64,000 bases of DNA from Octopus sinensis (Eukaryota), in the NCBI RefSeq assembly GCF_006345805.1, contig NW_021834173.1, positions 1 to 64,000 on the forward strand. Reading direction: 5' to 3'. The position numbers were made by a program, and so were the translations under genes. This document shows, one piece after another, positions 63,137 through 64,000 of this stretch (its first letter is position 1; every line of letters begins with the position of its first letter). The notes beneath the pieces are model-generated. The model saw nothing but the letters and a program-made list of their open reading frames with translations, made no database searches and was not told where the DNA came from.

Positions 63137-64000
63137 ATTTTTGATATAATTATCAAGAAGTAATCTGCAATATTCAAGATATTGAAAACATCAAGAAGTG
63201 AGTCCCGTAGTTATAGCAATAATAACCAAAAACAAGGAACCATATTATATGACCAGAACCACCATGAAAAATTCTTGTTCTGGAATGGCTTGAACAATGT
63301 TTGACCTCAAAATTCAGTTAGACATAAAATATTTTGAAGGTGAATTCAACATGTTGGAAGATAGTTAGTTCTGCAAAATGAAAGCAAGGTGTTTGCACAA
63401 TAATTATGAGTCAGTTGATGCAAATGGGCTAACATAAGTATGGGTATTTATACATTTTTATTCAAAGAAAAAGAAACAGATCTGTAGAGCAACTTTTCTG
63501 CTTTCAAAGAAATTTTGTTTGAAAGCTAGAAGTGAAATAGGTTCATGAAAGAAAACAATTTGTCAGAGACAAGTTACATAGAACGATGCATAGATGATGT
63601 GGAGTCAGTAGAGAGGTATACTTGGTAGACCATCTATGACTGGTCTGCAAAAAGAATCTTTACAGCTTCAGTTATAACAAAAATGAAAATATTCTAACCA
63701 CAGATTGGTTGTTTTACATCCCGAAACACCAACTGTTTGAAGTGAATTAAAGGTAATTATTGAAAAAGTTGTTCAATGGTCTGTGGTATTAAAAATAAAC
63801 CTATCAAATCAAGGAATTTCTGTCTATATTTGTGAAGAGGTGGGTATCACGGTTTCAAACCTTATTTTGAATGCTGAAGTCTTCTGGCCATCAAGTGGTT
63901 TGTTGTGAATAGGAATTGAGAGAAACTGTTTAAACTTTTTCAGGAGAATCAAGAAACAGGATTGAATGATTCAATTCGTAACAAATTTTGGTGTACAAAA

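Larger units (their letters stand above)
62330..64000 (+). pseudogene. Fossil hAT-Buster (Charlie/ZBED5-ZBED8-like) transposase, runs off the window edge
   Basis: 62786-62881 reads RNSCLQCFVCSHVLANKCMMPNKLMHHCIFKH (BED-type Zn finger, cf. PQCVIC..VLAN.SMKP.KL.RHL.TKH). Later remnants PSMTG and IKNKPIKSRNF..ICEEVG..NLILNAEVFWPSSG..ELRE (cf. LCEEMG..LLLHTEVRWLSRG). Many stops and frameshifts. Confidence 0.82.

Noticed and set aside
1-64000. Conserved miRNAs, rRNA, snRNA or host protein-coding exons
   Set aside because: None recognised by eye (checked from memory for let-7, miR-10, miR-100). Small exons or lineage-specific miRNAs cannot be excluded without Infernal/BLAST/RNA-seq.

Overview
AT-rich, microsatellite-saturated eukaryotic DNA with no protein-coding gene I can support. 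It looks like a large intron or gene desert. The dispersed repeats resemble the tRNA-derived SINE families of octopus (coleoid cephalopod); this taxon call is inferred from repeat recognition. Retroelements: three tRNA-headed SINE families (working labels A, B, C), a 5'-truncated retroposon-tail family (D), and decayed LINE fragments (CR1-like, R4/Dong-like, two I/Jockey-group copies). DNA transposons: Tc1/mariner, hAT-Buster and piggyBac MITEs with recognisable TIRs/TSDs, two non-autonomous Helitrons, and a fossil hAT-Buster transposase at the right edge. There are also several minisatellites. All long ORFs in the track are microsatellite or minisatellite artefacts. I did not find a new protein-coding system. 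The most interesting structures are long fold-back elements: a near-perfect tail-outward retroposon palindrome at 9472-9803 and a ~550-bp mariner palindrome at 2521-3068. If transcribed, these would be dsRNA substrates for ADAR or small-RNA biogenesis. Also notable are motif-conserving repeat clusters and repeat-free islands that may be regulatory. Boundaries of decayed elements are approximate and read by eye.
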